A stretch of 64,000 nt of DNA from Candidatus Heteroscillospira lomanii (GTDB lineage: Bacteria > Bacillota > Clostridia > Oscillospirales > Oscillospiraceae), in NCBI GenBank assembly GCA_904419385.1, contig CAJFRI010000001.1, positions 5,098-69,097 of the forward strand. Reading direction: 5' to 3'. Of the stretch, positions 18,024-27,566 are shown piece by piece. The notes below the pieces were generated by a model. The model searched no databases and was not told the origin of the DNA. It saw only the letters and a list, made by a program, of their open reading frames with translations. The translations under genes and the position numbers were made by a program. The first letter of the stretch is position 1; every line of letters starts with the position of its first letter.

Positions 18024-18536
18024 ATGGGCATACATAGAAAAGTCGCGGCATTGGCCGTCGTCCTGGCCGTTTGCGCCGCCGCGGGGGCGACGTGGAGCGA
18101 GGCTCAGAAAAACGAGAGCACATATGTCTGGTCGGTGCGCGACGAGGCCGCCCTGCGTTCGGTGTTCACGGAGCTCGGCGATGATGTCGATGCGCTCGAG
18201 CCGGAGCACAGCCTGGTCCTCGTCCCTGTGGCCGACTGGCAGTTCGACGCCGAGTATACGTTCGACATCGACGGCCCCGGCGGCTATCCCGCCATGACGG
18301 CGAGCGGCCTCGCCACCGGGATGGAGACGGACGATGGCTTCACGCTCGTGACCGGCGCGCTGAGCGGCGAGGCCGAGATAGGCGGCGGCGACTGCTCGAT
18401 AAAAGTCTCCGTCGAGTTCGATCAGGACTCGGCGCGCCTGTGCGGCGGCATAGCCGTCACGCCCAAGTTGTCGGGCGAGCCGGCCGTCGTGGTGCTGGGC
18501 GAGCCGATATCGCCCGAGCTGGCGGACAGGGCCTGA
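18024..18536 (+). CDS. hypothetical secreted or membrane-anchored protein
   Basis: N-terminal signal/anchor MGIHRKVAALAVVLAVCAAAGA, AAAGGGGGG SD, host-like GC, and a strong terminator downstream. I recognise no family. Confidence 0.55.
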   Translation: MGIHRKVAALAVVLAVCAAAGATWSEAQKNESTYVWSVRDEAALRSVFTELGDDVDALEPEHSLVLVPVADWQFDAEYTFDIDGPGGYPAMTASGLATGMETDDGFTLVTGALSGEAEIGGGDCSIKVSVEFDQDSARLCGGIAVTPKLSGEPAVVVLGEPISPELADRA

Positions 18537-18540
18537 CACA

Positions 18541-18574
18541 CCGGGCCGGAGAGCTTCTCCGGCCCGGTTTTTTT
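18541..18574 (+). terminator. Rho-independent terminator
   Basis: CCGGGCCGGAGA-gct-TCTCCGGCCCGG followed by TTTTTTT. Confidence 0.85.
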
Positions 18575-18619
18575 GCGCTCTGCGTGGCTGTTTTTTACAA
18601 AAATTTATAATTTGGGGGA

Positions 18620-18648
18620 TTGAAAGCGCGGGAATGTTTTAATATAAT
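18620..18648 (+). promoter_or_regulatory. pyk promoter
   Basis: TTGAAA (18620-18625), 17-nt spacer, TATAAT (18643-18648). Confidence 0.6.
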
Positions 18649-18696
18649 AGCTGTGTGTATAAAGAAGAATGTTAAGGATTAAAAAGGAGGGGTTCT

Positions 18697-20136
18697 GTGA
18701 AGAGAACCAAGATAATCTGCACGCTCGGTCCCGCCAGTACAGACGAGGACGTCCTGCGTCAGCTCATCCGAGGCGGAATGGACATCGCCCGCTTCAATTT
18801 TTCCCACGGATCGTATGAAGAACATGCTGCCCGCTTTGCCCAGCTCGACAAACTGCGCAGCGAGCTGCGCGCCCCCGTGGCCACCCTGCTCGACACCAAG
18901 GGGCCCGAGATGCGCACCGGCACTCTGAAAAACGGCGACAAGGTCACGCTCAACGCCGGCGATGAGTACACGCTCACCACCGAGCCGGTCGAGGGCGACG
19001 AGCGCCGCGGATATGTGAATTACTCCGGCCTGCCCGATGACGTGGGCCCGGGCGACCGCGTGCTGCTCGACGACGGGCTCATCGAGCTCAAGGTCGAGAG
19101 CGTCACCGGCACCGACATCAACTGCCGCGTCATGAACGGCGGCGAGCTCGGCCAGCGCAAGGGCATCAACGTCCCGAACGTCAAGGTCCGCCTGCCGGCC
19201 CTCACCGAACAGGACAAAAACGACATCGTGTTCGGCATAAACCAGGGCTTCGACTTCATCGCGGCGAGCTTTGTGCGCAATGCCGACTGCATATATGAGA
19301 TAAAGGACATCCTCCGCGAGTACCGCAGCGACATGCGCGTCATCGCGAAGATAGAGAACAAAGAGGGCATAGACAACATAGACGAGATCATCAAGGCGTC
19401 CGACGCCATAATGATCGCCCGCGGCGACATGGGCGTCGAGATCCCGGCCGAGGAAGTGCCCTACATCCAGAAAGTCATCATCCAGAAGTGCAACAATGCG
19501 TTCAAGCCGGTCATCACCGCCACGCAGATGCTCGACTCGATGATACGCAACCCGCGCCCGACCCGCGCGGAGGTCACCGACGTCGCCAACGCCATCTACG
19601 ACGGCACCGACTGCGTCATGCTCTCCGGCGAGACGGCCATGGGCCGCTACCCGGTCGAGGCGCTGCGCACCATGGTTCAGATAGCCGAGAGCACCGAGAA
19701 GCACCTCGACTATGAGAAGATCCTCGTCAAGCGCAGCGAGTTCCGCAAGAACGACACCGCCACCGCCGTCGCCTATGCGAGCGTGGCCACGGCGATGCAC
19801 CTCAACGCCAAATGCATCATCACGCCGACGATGAGCGGCTTCACCGCGAGGATAATCTCGCAGTTCCGCCCCGAGACCCCTGTCATCGCCACCTCGCCGC
19901 GCGAGGCCGTGCTGCGCAGGATGCAGCTCTACTGGGGCATACAGCCCATCTACTCCGAGGAGCAGATAGACACCGAGGTCATTATCAGCAGCTCTGTCAC
20001 GACGGCCATGCTCCAGGGGCTCGTGCGCCCGGGCGACATCGTCGTCATGACCGCCGGCCTGCCTGCGGTCAACGTCCAGATGGGCGAGCGCGGCGAGACC
20101 AACGTCATGCGTGTCATAACCGTCAAGGCCGGCTGA
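18697..20136 (+). CDS. pyk: pyruvate kinase
   Basis: GTG start after AAAAGGAGGGG. KRTKIICTLGPAS, ARFNFSHG, MIARGDMGVEIP, ATQMLDSM, VMLSGETA. Confidence 0.95.
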   Translation: MKRTKIICTLGPASTDEDVLRQLIRGGMDIARFNFSHGSYEEHAARFAQLDKLRSELRAPVATLLDTKGPEMRTGTLKNGDKVTLNAGDEYTLTTEPVEGDERRGYVNYSGLPDDVGPGDRVLLDDGLIELKVESVTGTDINCRVMNGGELGQRKGINVPNVKVRLPALTEQDKNDIVFGINQGFDFIAASFVRNADCIYEIKDILREYRSDMRVIAKIENKEGIDNIDEIIKASDAIMIARGDMGVEIPAEEVPYIQKVIIQKCNNAFKPVITATQMLDSMIRNPRPTRAEVTDVANAIYDGTDCVMLSGETAMGRYPVEALRTMVQIAESTEKHLDYEKILVKRSEFRKNDTATAVAYASVATAMHLNAKCIITPTMSGFTARIISQFRPETPVIATSPREAVLRRMQLYWGIQPIYSEEQIDTEVIISSSVTTAMLQGLVRPGDIVVMTAGLPAVNVQMGERGETNVMRVITVKAG

Positions 20137-20156
20137 GCCGGAAGCTGATCTATACA

Positions 20157-20186
20157 GGGGCAAGCGGCTCGGCTTGCCCCTTTAAA
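20157..20186 (+). terminator. pyk terminator
   Basis: GGGGCAAGC-ggctcg-GCTTGCCCC followed by TTTAAATTT. Confidence 0.7.
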
Positions 20187-20220
20187 TTTACTTTTTCTCT
20201 CTGAAATGGAGGCAAACGGC

Positions 20221-20922
20221 ATGGCATACGTCGAGTTCCGGGGCCTGGGAAAGACATACAAGATGGGCGAAGTGGAGATAAAAGCGCTGCACGACGTCGA
20301 TTTCGACATAGAAAAGGGCGAGATCTGCATCGTCGTCGGCGCGTCCGGCGCCGGCAAGACCACGCTGCTCAACATCCTCGGCGGCATGGACACTCCCAGC
20401 TGCGGCACGGTGAGCCTCGACGGGGAGCAGGTCTCGTCTTACACGAGCCGCCAGCTCACGGCCTACCGCAGATACGACGTCGGCTTTGTCTTTCAGTTTT
20501 ATAACCTCATCCAAAACCTCACCGCCCTGGAGAACGTGGAGCTCGCCTCGCAGATATGCCGCGACCCCATGCCGGCGGCGGAGGTGCTCGCAAAGGTCGG
20601 CCTGGCCGGGCGTGCGGGCAACTTCCCGGCGCAGCTGTCCGGCGGGGAGCAGCAGCGCGTGGCGATAGCGCGCGCCCTGGCCAAGCGGCCGAAGCTCCTG
20701 CTCTGCGACGAGCCTACCGGCGCGCTGGACTACGTCACCGGCAAGGCCGTTCTGCAGCTCATTCAGGACACCTGCCGCGCCATGGGCACGACGGTGGTCA
20801 TCATAACGCACAACCAGGCGATAACGCCGATGGCCGACAGGGTGGTCACCGTGGCGAACGGCACGGTGCGCTCGGTGCGCCTCAACGGACACCCGACGCC
20901 CATATCGGAGATAGAGTGGTGA
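20221..20922 (+). CDS. ABC transporter ATP-binding protein (MacB/FtsE/LolD class)
   Basis: Walker [10 protein letters not shown], signature [15 protein letters not shown], Walker [18 protein letters not shown] lies 8 nt before ATG 20221. Confidence 0.92.
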   Translation: MAYVEFRGLGKTYKMGEVEIKALHDVDFDIEKGEICIVVGASGAGKTTLLNILGGMDTPSCGTVSLDGEQVSSYTSRQLTAYRRYDVGFVFQFYNLIQNLTALENVELASQICRDPMPAAEVLAKVGLAGRAGNFPAQLSGGEQQRVAIARALAKRPKLLLCDEPTGALDYVTGKAVLQLIQDTCRAMGTTVVIITHNQAITPMADRVVTVANGTVRSVRLNGHPTPISEIEW

Positions 20923-20926
20923 GACT

Positions 20927-23900
20927 ATGCTCAAGAGATCTGCCCTGCGCGAGATAAAGGCCGGGCTCGGCCGCTATCTCGCGATGATCGCCATAATAGC
21001 GCTGGGCGTGGGCTTTTTTGCGGGTCTGCGCTCGTCGCGCCCGGCCATGGTCAGCGCCGGGCAGCGCTATCTCGACGAGACCCGGTTTTTCGACTACCGG
21101 CTCGTCTCCACAATGGGATATGACGAGTCGGCGCCGCGCCGCTTCTCCGAGTTCGGCACGGCCGAGGGCTCTGTGAGCGTGGACGTGCTGTGCGACCTCG
21201 GCAGCGGGAGCGAGGCGCTGCACGCCATGACGGTCACGGAGAGCCTGAACCTCGTCACGCTCAAGGCCGGGCGCATGCCGGAGGCCGCCGACGAGATAAT
21301 CGCGGACTCCGAGCGCTTCACCGAGGCCGACATCGGGCGCACGATAACACTCTCATCGGAGAACGACGAGGACACGCTCGACATGTTTGCTTTCCGCGAG
21401 TACACGATAACGGGGCTCGGCATGTCGCCGCTGTATATGAACTACGAGCGCGGCGGCACCTCGCTCGGCTCCGGCCAGCTCGAGGGCTTCATCTGCCTCC
21501 TGCCGGAGGGCTTTGACACGGATTACTACACCGAGATATACCTCCGTCTTGACGACGGCGCCGCCGCCTACACCGACGAGCACGAAATATATGCCGATTC
21601 CATGGAGCCCGGCGTGACCGCCGCGGCCGAGGAAGAGGCCGGCGCGAGATACGGCCGTGTCGTCGCCGAGGCGGAGCAGGAGATAGCCGACGGCGAGGCC
21701 GACCTTGCCGACGGCTGGGAGGAATACCGCACCGAGCGTGCCGACGCCGAGGCCGAGCTCGCCGAGGCGTATCAGGACCTCATCGACGGCCGCGCCGAGC
21801 TCGACGACGGCTGGGACGAGTACCACGACGGAGTCGAGACATTCGAGCGCGAGATAGCCGAGGCGGAGCAGGAGATAGCCAACGCTGAGACCGAGCTCGC
21901 CGACGGCTACGACGACCTGCTCGACGGCGAGGAGGAGTATGCAAACGGCGTGCTCGCCCTCGATGTCGGCGACATGCAGTTTAAAGCCGGTCTCGACGAC
22001 TACCTCGACGGCGTGCGCGAGTACGAGGAGAGCAAGGAGGCCTATGAGTCGGGAAAGGCCGACCTCGAGGCGGCGGAGCAGGAGCTCATCTTTGCCCGCT
22101 CCCGGCTGCGCAGCGGCGAGGCCGACCTCGCCGAGGGCGAGGCCCAGTTCGACACGCTGATGTCCGCGCTCGCAGGCGCGCTCGCGCAGCACGGCATTGA
22201 GACGGACCCGGATTCCCTGCTCGCCGCGCTGCAGGACGGCGACGCGCAGCTGACCGCCGCGGTGGACATGGCGCTCGCTTTCATCGGCCAGGCCGGGATA
22301 GAGGGCGCGCCGGCCAACACCGAAGAGCTGCTCGGCATGCGCGCCCAGCTCGACGCGGCGGACGAACAGCTCTCCGCCGGATGGAGCGAGTACCGCGCGG
22401 GCGAGCGCGAGTACGAGCGCGCCGTAGAGCAGATGGAGAGCGCGGAAGAGGCGCTCGAGATAGCCGAGGCGCGCATAGAGAGCGCAAAACAGCAGCTCGA
22501 CGAAGCATACGGCGAGCTCGGCGAGGGCCTTGCCGAGCTCTACGACGCGAGATACGCGCTCGAGACCGGCTGGCAGGACTACTATGACGGCGTTCAGGAG
22601 CTCGCCGACGCAAAAGAGACGCTCGAGACCGAGCGGGCCGACGGCGAGGCCGAGCTCGCCGAGGCCCTGCAGGAGCTCGAGGACGGCGAGGCCGATCTCG
22701 CCTCCGGCTGGAGCGACTACAACGACGGCCTCGCCGAGGCGCAGCAGGAGTTCGCGGATGCGGAGTCTGATCTCGCCGAGGCGCAGCGGGATATAGACGA
22801 CGCGAAGGCCGAGCTCGCCGATCTCGACGAGCCGCAGGTCTACGTCCTCGGGCGCGACACCAACGTGGGGTATGTCTGCTTTGAGAACGACAGCGCCATA
22901 GTCGAGGGGCTGTCGGGCGTGTTCCCGATATTCTTCTTCCTCGTCGCGGCGCTCGTGTGCATGACAACCATGACGCGCATGGTCGAGGACCACCGCACCC
23001 AGACCGGCGTGCTGAAGGCGCTGGGATACAGCTCGCTCGAGATAGCGGCGCAGTACCTGTTCTACTCCGGCTCCGCCGCGCTCATAGGCAGCGTGGCAGG
23101 TGTGTTTGCGGGCTCGGCCGCGTTCCCGCGCGTCATCTGGATGGCCTACAGCATAATGTACGGCTTCGGCGGGCTGGAGACCAGCGTGTCTCCGGCGCTC
23201 GCGGCGGGCAGCGTGACCGTGTCGCTTGCGGGGGCTCTCGGCGTGACCTGGCTCACCTGCCGCTCGGAGCTGCGCGAGGTGCCTGCGGAGCTCATCCGTC
23301 CCAAGGCGCCCGCCGCGGGCAAGCGCGTGCTGCTCGAGCATGTGCCGTTCGTCTGGAAGCGGCTCAAGTTTCTGCACAAGGTCAGCATACGCAACCTCAC
23401 GCGGTACAAAAAGCGCTTTTTCATGATGGTGCTCGGCATAGGCGGCTGCACCGCCCTGCTGCTCACCGGCTACGGCATAGACGACTCCATCGGCAACCTC
23501 ACCGATTTCCAGTACGGCGAGGTGACGGTGTACGACCTGGCCGTGAGCTTCACGGACCCGCTCACGCCTGAGAGCGAGGCCGAGTTCCTCTCCGGCGCCG
23601 GGGATGCGATATCCGGGGCCGTGTTCGTGCACGAGAGCTCGGCCGAGTTCGACGCCGGAGGCGGGGCAAAGAGCGTGAACCTCGTGGTCGCGCCCGACGG
23701 CGTCGACGGCTTCGTGAACCTGGCGCGCGGCGGCGAGGCGGTGCCTCTGCCCGGCGACGGGGAGGCCGTCATAAACAACGGCCTTGCGCGCTCGCTCGGC
23801 ATATCCGTGGGCGACACGGTGACCGTGCGCGACAGCGACATGAATTCCATCGAGCTCACGGTGAGCGGCATATTCGACAACTATGTCTATAACTATGTCT

Positions 23901-24484
23901 ACCTCTCCCCCGCGAGCTATGAGAGCGCCTTCGGCGAGTGCGAGTACAAGAGCGCGTGGGTCAATGTGGCCGAGGGGCGCGGCGTGCACGAGAGCTCGGC
24001 CGAGCTGCTGGAGCTCGACGGCGTGGCCGCCGTGAGCGTGAACGACGACATGCGCGACAGGGTCGACGCCATGATGGACAGCATGAAATACATCGTCGTC
24101 ATGGTCATCGTCTGCGCCGGTGCGCTGGCTTTCATCGTGCTCTACAATCTCACGAACATCAACATCGCCGAGCGCGAGCGCGAGATAGCGACGCTCAAAG
24201 TCCTCGGCTTTTATCCGAACGAGACGGCGTCGTATGTGTTCCGCGAGAACATGATGCTCACAGCCATAGGGGCCCTGGCCGGGCTCGGGCTCGGCCGGGC
24301 GCTGCACGCTTTCGTCATGTCGCGCATAGTGGTCGACATGGTGTGCTTCGACGTGCGCGTCGCGCCGCTGAGCTATCTGCTGGCCGTCGCCTGGACCTTT
24401 GGCTTCTCGATATTCGTGTGCCTGATGATGCGCCCCAGGCTCGGCAGGATAGACATGGCCGAGTCGTTAAAATCAATAGAATGA
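20927..24484 (+). CDS. FtsX/MacB-type ABC permease, 1185 aa, two FtsX modules, with a very long acidic coiled-coil insertion in the first extracytoplasmic domain
   Basis: N-terminal TM (YLAMIAIIALGVGFFAG), an extracytoplasmic domain, and a roughly 400-aa Ala/Glu/Asp-rich helical region. Then FtsX block 1 (FPIFFFLVAALVCMTTMTRMVEDHRTQTGVLKALGYS), a second extracytoplasmic domain, and FtsX block 2 (REIATLKVLGFY...). Confidence 0.9.
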   Translation: MLKRSALREIKAGLGRYLAMIAIIALGVGFFAGLRSSRPAMVSAGQRYLDETRFFDYRLVSTMGYDESAPRRFSEFGTAEGSVSVDVLCDLGSGSEALHAMTVTESLNLVTLKAGRMPEAADEIIADSERFTEADIGRTITLSSENDEDTLDMFAFREYTITGLGMSPLYMNYERGGTSLGSGQLEGFICLLPEGFDTDYYTEIYLRLDDGAAAYTDEHEIYADSMEPGVTAAAEEEAGARYGRVVAEAEQEIADGEADLADGWEEYRTERADAEAELAEAYQDLIDGRAELDDGWDEYHDGVETFEREIAEAEQEIANAETELADGYDDLLDGEEEYANGVLALDVGDMQFKAGLDDYLDGVREYEESKEAYESGKADLEAAEQELIFARSRLRSGEADLAEGEAQFDTLMSALAGALAQHGIETDPDSLLAALQDGDAQLTAAVDMALAFIGQAGIEGAPANTEELLGMRAQLDAADEQLSAGWSEYRAGEREYERAVEQMESAEEALEIAEARIESAKQQLDEAYGELGEGLAELYDARYALETGWQDYYDGVQELADAKETLETERADGEAELAEALQELEDGEADLASGWSDYNDGLAEAQQEFADAESDLAEAQRDIDDAKAELADLDEPQVYVLGRDTNVGYVCFENDSAIVEGLSGVFPIFFFLVAALVCMTTMTRMVEDHRTQTGVLKALGYSSLEIAAQYLFYSGSAALIGSVAGVFAGSAAFPRVIWMAYSIMYGFGGLETSVSPALAAGSVTVSLAGALGVTWLTCRSELREVPAELIRPKAPAAGKRVLLEHVPFVWKRLKFLHKVSIRNLTRYKKRFFMMVLGIGGCTALLLTGYGIDDSIGNLTDFQYGEVTVYDLAVSFTDPLTPESEAEFLSGAGDAISGAVFVHESSAEFDAGGGAKSVNLVVAPDGVDGFVNLARGGEAVPLPGDGEAVINNGLARSLGISVGDTVTVRDSDMNSIELTVSGIFDNYVYNYVYLSPASYESAFGECEYKSAWVNVAEGRGVHESSAELLELDGVAAVSVNDDMRDRVDAMMDSMKYIVVMVIVCAGALAFIVLYNLTNINIAEREREIATLKVLGFYPNETASYVFRENMMLTAIGALAGLGLGRALHAFVMSRIVVDMVCFDVRVAPLSYLLAVAWTFGFSIFVCLMMRPRLGRIDMAESLKSIE
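21665..21880 (+). repeat. exact 24-nt direct repeat inside the permease coiled-coil region
   Basis: GCCGAGGCGGAGCAGGAGATAGCC occurs at 21665-21688 and again at 21857-21880, 192 nt (64 codons) apart. Both copies encode AEAEQEIA. Confidence 0.9.
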
Positions 24485-24486
24485 GT

Positions 24487-24519
24487 TTTGGAGGACTGTG
24501 TAAGTCCTCCAAACTTTTT
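24487..24519 (+). terminator. terminator of the ABC operon
   Basis: TTTGGAGGAC-tgtgtaa-GTCCTCCAAA followed by CTTTTT. Confidence 0.85.
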
Positions 24520-24521
24520 AC

Positions 24522-24550
24522 TTGACTAACGTGATAAAGTGCGATATAAT
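24522..24550 (+). promoter_or_regulatory. his operon promoter (near-consensus sigma-A)
   Basis: TTGACT (24522-24527), exactly 17 nt, TATAAT (24545-24550). This places the ORF-track GTG start at 24539 inside the promoter. Confidence 0.7.
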
Positions 24551-24586
24551 CGCAGCATATCAATGACACAGGCGGAGGTGCTGCAC

Positions 24587-25651
24587 ATGGCAACTGGCGC
24601 TGAGCGCTCCGGCGCGGTGTGGGAGCTCGGCAGGCTCTATGAGAGCATGGGCTACCGCAGGTTCAAGATGAGCCGATTTGAGGAATATGCGCTCTACCTC
24701 GAAAACGAAAAGTTCCTGCCGGCGGGCGGGATAGTCACCTTCCCCGGCAAGGGGGGCAAGCTTCTGGCGCTCAAGCCCGACGTCACGCTGAGCATACTCC
24801 GCAGCGTGAGCGGCGAGCGGCTTCCGAAGCGGATATATTACAACGAAAACGTCTACCGCTGCGACCGCTCGGGAGAGCTGCGCGAGATCAGGCAGACGGG
24901 GATCGAGTACGTCGGCGAGGCCGGCATAGAGGCCATGGGCGAGGTGACGGCCCTCGCCTGCGAGAGCCTCGCGGCGCTCGACGGGGGGTATATACTCGAC
25001 CTGTCGCATATGGGGCTGGTCACGGCCCTGCTCGGCGAGAGCGGGCTCGGGGCCGCGGCCCAGGAGGAGGCGCTGCGCCTCATCGGCGGCAAGAACTCGC
25101 ACGAGCTGCGCCGCCTCATGCGGCGCTCCGGCGCGGATGAGGAGAAGACGGAGCTGCTCTGCGCCCTCGCCGTGTTCTCCGGGAGCTTCGAGGAGGCCCT
25201 GGCCGGGGCCGGGCGCTTTGCCGTCTGCCCGGCGGCGGGCGCGGCGCTCGGCGAGCTGCGCGCTCTGGCGCGGGTGCTCGGCGGCGTGGCCGACCTGTCG
25301 CACATAAGGCTCGATTTTTCCATAGTCAACGACATGAGCTATTATAATGGGCTCATCTTCCGCGGCTATCTGCCCGGCCTGCCGGAGGGCATACTCGCAG
25401 GCGGGCAGTACGACAACCTCGCGCGCCGCCTGTCGGGGGCGCCGGGAGCCATAGGCTTTGCGGTCTACGCCGACATGCTCGAAAAGCCGGGCGCCGGGCG
25501 GGAGTATCTGGCCGACGTGCTCATAGTCTCGAACGGCAACGCGCGCGCCGCCCTCGCCGCCGCAAAGAAGCTGAGAGCCGAAGGCAGGACCGTCGCGGTA
25601 GACGCTCCGGAGCCCTGCCGTGAGACGCTCGTGATACAGGAGGACGCATGA
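24587..25651 (+). CDS. hisZ: ATP phosphoribosyltransferase regulatory subunit HisZ
   Basis: HisRS-like without an anticodon domain (LALKPDVTLSILR, YNENVYR..., QTGIEYVG). It precedes a short-form hisG. Start set to ATG 24587, 8 nt after GGCGGAGG; ATG 24563 is possible. Confidence 0.85.
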   Translation: MATGAERSGAVWELGRLYESMGYRRFKMSRFEEYALYLENEKFLPAGGIVTFPGKGGKLLALKPDVTLSILRSVSGERLPKRIYYNENVYRCDRSGELREIRQTGIEYVGEAGIEAMGEVTALACESLAALDGGYILDLSHMGLVTALLGESGLGAAAQEEALRLIGGKNSHELRRLMRRSGADEEKTELLCALAVFSGSFEEALAGAGRFAVCPAAGAALGELRALARVLGGVADLSHIRLDFSIVNDMSYYNGLIFRGYLPGLPEGILAGGQYDNLARRLSGAPGAIGFAVYADMLEKPGAGREYLADVLIVSNGNARAALAAAKKLRAEGRTVAVDAPEPCRETLVIQEDA

Positions 25652-26289
25652 TGGACGAGTATATCAGCATCGCGCTGCCGAAGGGGCGGCTCGGCGAGAA
25701 GGTCTATGCGCTGCTCAGCAGCCTGGGATACGGCTGCCCCGCCCTGCTGGAGCAGGACAGGCGCCTCATATTCACGGACGATGAAAACGGAGTGCGCTAT
25801 TTCTGGTCCAAGCCGTCGGACGTCGCCATATATGTCGAGCGGGCGGCGGCCGACGTCGGCGTCGTCGGGCGCGACATCCTGCTCGAGTACGAGCCGGACG
25901 TCTACGAGCTGCTCGACCTCGGCTTCGGCAAATGCCGCATGTGCGTGGCCGGACTGCGGGGAGAGAAGCCCGACCCGGGGCGCACCGTGCGCGTCGCGAC
26001 CAAGTTCCCGCACATCGCCTCGGAGTACTATGCGTCGCGCAGCCGCGATATAGACATAATAAAGCTCAACGGCTCCATCGAGATAGCCCCCGTGCTCGGC
26101 ATGTCCGACGTCATCGTCGACATAGTCGAGACCGGGCGCACGCTCAGGGAGAACGGCCTCGAGGTGTTCGAGGAGATAGTGCCGGTGAGCGCGCGCTTCG
26201 TCGCCAACAAGGCGAGCTTCAAGTTCAAGAACGCGCGCATAGAGGAAATGCTGCGCCGGCTGAGCTCGGCGCTGGAGGAAGAGAAATGA
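25648..26289 (+). CDS. hisG: ATP phosphoribosyltransferase (short form)
   Basis: IALPKGRL, DVGVVGRDIL, DIVETGRTLRENGL; 213 aa. ATGA overlaps at both ends. Confidence 0.93.
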   Translation: MMDEYISIALPKGRLGEKVYALLSSLGYGCPALLEQDRRLIFTDDENGVRYFWSKPSDVAIYVERAAADVGVVGRDILLEYEPDVYELLDLGFGKCRMCVAGLRGEKPDPGRTVRVATKFPHIASEYYASRSRDIDIIKLNGSIEIAPVLGMSDVIVDIVETGRTLRENGLEVFEEIVPVSARFVANKASFKFKNARIEEMLRRLSSALEEEK

Positions 26290-27566
26290 TAGAGATCTTC
26301 GATAAAAGCGAGATATCGGCGCGCGATGTGCTCAGGCGCGACAACTCGGCCTCCGGCGTCGAGGACGCCGTCGCCGGGATCATCGCGGCCGTCCGCCGCG
26401 GAGGAGACAGGGCCCTGCGCGAGTACGCCGAGAAGTTCGACGGCGGCGCCCCGGAGCGCTTTGAGGTGAGCCCTGAGGAGATGGATGAGGCCGCCGGCGC
26501 CGTCGGCCCCGAGTTCATCGCCGTTTTGGAGGAGGCCGCGCGCAACATACGCGATTTCCACGAGCGCCAGAGGCGCCAGGGCTTCGTCGCGGCGGCCCGG
26601 CCCGGCCGGGTGATGGGGCAGAACGTCATCCCCCTGCGCCGCGCGGGCATATACGTCCCCGGCGGCACGGCGAGCTATCCGTCCACCGTGCTGATGAACG
26701 TCATCCCCGCCTCGGTCGCGGGCGTCGATGAGATCGTGGTAGTGAGCCCCGCGAAAAACGGGCGCATAGACCCCGCCATCCTCGCCGCGGCGAAAATAGC
26801 CGGGGCGCACAGGGTGTTCCGCTGCGGCGGGGCCCAGGCCATAGCCGCCCTCGCCTACGGGACGGAGAGCATACCCGCCGTGGACAAGATAACCGGGCCC
26901 GGCAACGTGTTCGTGGCCGAGGCCAAGCGCCAGGTGTACGGGCAGGTCGACATAGACATGATCGCGGGCCCGAGCGAGATACTCATCGTCGCCGACGAGC
27001 ACAGCGACGCGCGCTGCTGCGCGGCGGACATGCTCTCCCAGGCCGAGCACGACAAAAATGCGAGCGCCGTCCTCATCACCACGAGCCGCGCTCTCGCCGC
27101 CGAAGTGCGCTCCGAGCTCGAGAGGCAGCTCGCCTCCCTCCCGCGCGAGGAGATAGCCCGCGCCTCGATAGACACGCGCGGCAAGATCATCATAGTGCGG
27201 TCGATAGACGAGGCCGTCGAACTCGCAAACGAGATAGCGCCGGAACACCTCGAGCTCTGCGTAGACGAGCCGTTTGCCTATCTCGGCCGCGTGCGCTGCG
27301 CGGGGAGCATCTTCCTCGGCCGCAGCTGCCCGGAGCCGCTCGGCGACTATTTCGCCGGCCCGAACCACACCCTCCCCACGGGCGGGACGGCGCGGTTTTT
27401 CAGCCCGCTGTCGGTCGACGACTTCGTCCGCCGCTCGTCGTTCATATACTACACGGCCGCCGCCCTGGCCGAGGACGCCGGGAAGATAGAGGCCTTTGCC
27501 CGCCGCGAGGGGCTGGAGGGGCACGCGCGCAGCATTGCGGTCAGAATGGAGGGTGATGACAAATGA
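26286..27566 (+). CDS. hisD: histidinol dehydrogenase
   Basis: GIYVPGGTASYPSTVLM, IAGPSEILI, SQAEHD, GDYFAGPNHTLPT. ATG 26286 overlaps the hisG stop. Confidence 0.95.
   Translation: MIEIFDKSEISARDVLRRDNSASGVEDAVAGIIAAVRRGGDRALREYAEKFDGGAPERFEVSPEEMDEAAGAVGPEFIAVLEEAARNIRDFHERQRRQGFVAAARPGRVMGQNVIPLRRAGIYVPGGTASYPSTVLMNVIPASVAGVDEIVVVSPAKNGRIDPAILAAAKIAGAHRVFRCGGAQAIAALAYGTESIPAVDKITGPGNVFVAEAKRQVYGQVDIDMIAGPSEILIVADEHSDARCCAADMLSQAEHDKNASAVLITTSRALAAEVRSELERQLASLPREEIARASIDTRGKIIIVRSIDEAVELANEIAPEHLELCVDEPFAYLGRVRCAGSIFLGRSCPEPLGDYFAGPNHTLPTGGTARFFSPLSVDDFVRRSSFIYYTAAALAEDAGKIEAFARREGLEGHARSIAVRMEGDDK

Noticed and set aside
16665-18700. Possible prophage or integrative island at tRNA-Leu.
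   Set aside because: There is no integrase, recombinase, phage structural gene or transposase. I could find no direct repeat of the tRNA 3' end (GGGTTCGAGCCCCGTCACCGGCA) downstream. Only one gene, the XRE fusion, is compositionally foreign, so at most this is a remnant.
21640-22830. A repetitive stretch that might be mistaken for a CRISPR or tandem-repeat array.
   Set aside because: The repeats are in-frame coding repeats (AEAEQEIA, GWxEY, EADLA) inside one continuous ORF. They have no constant repeat/spacer periodicity and no cas genes nearby.
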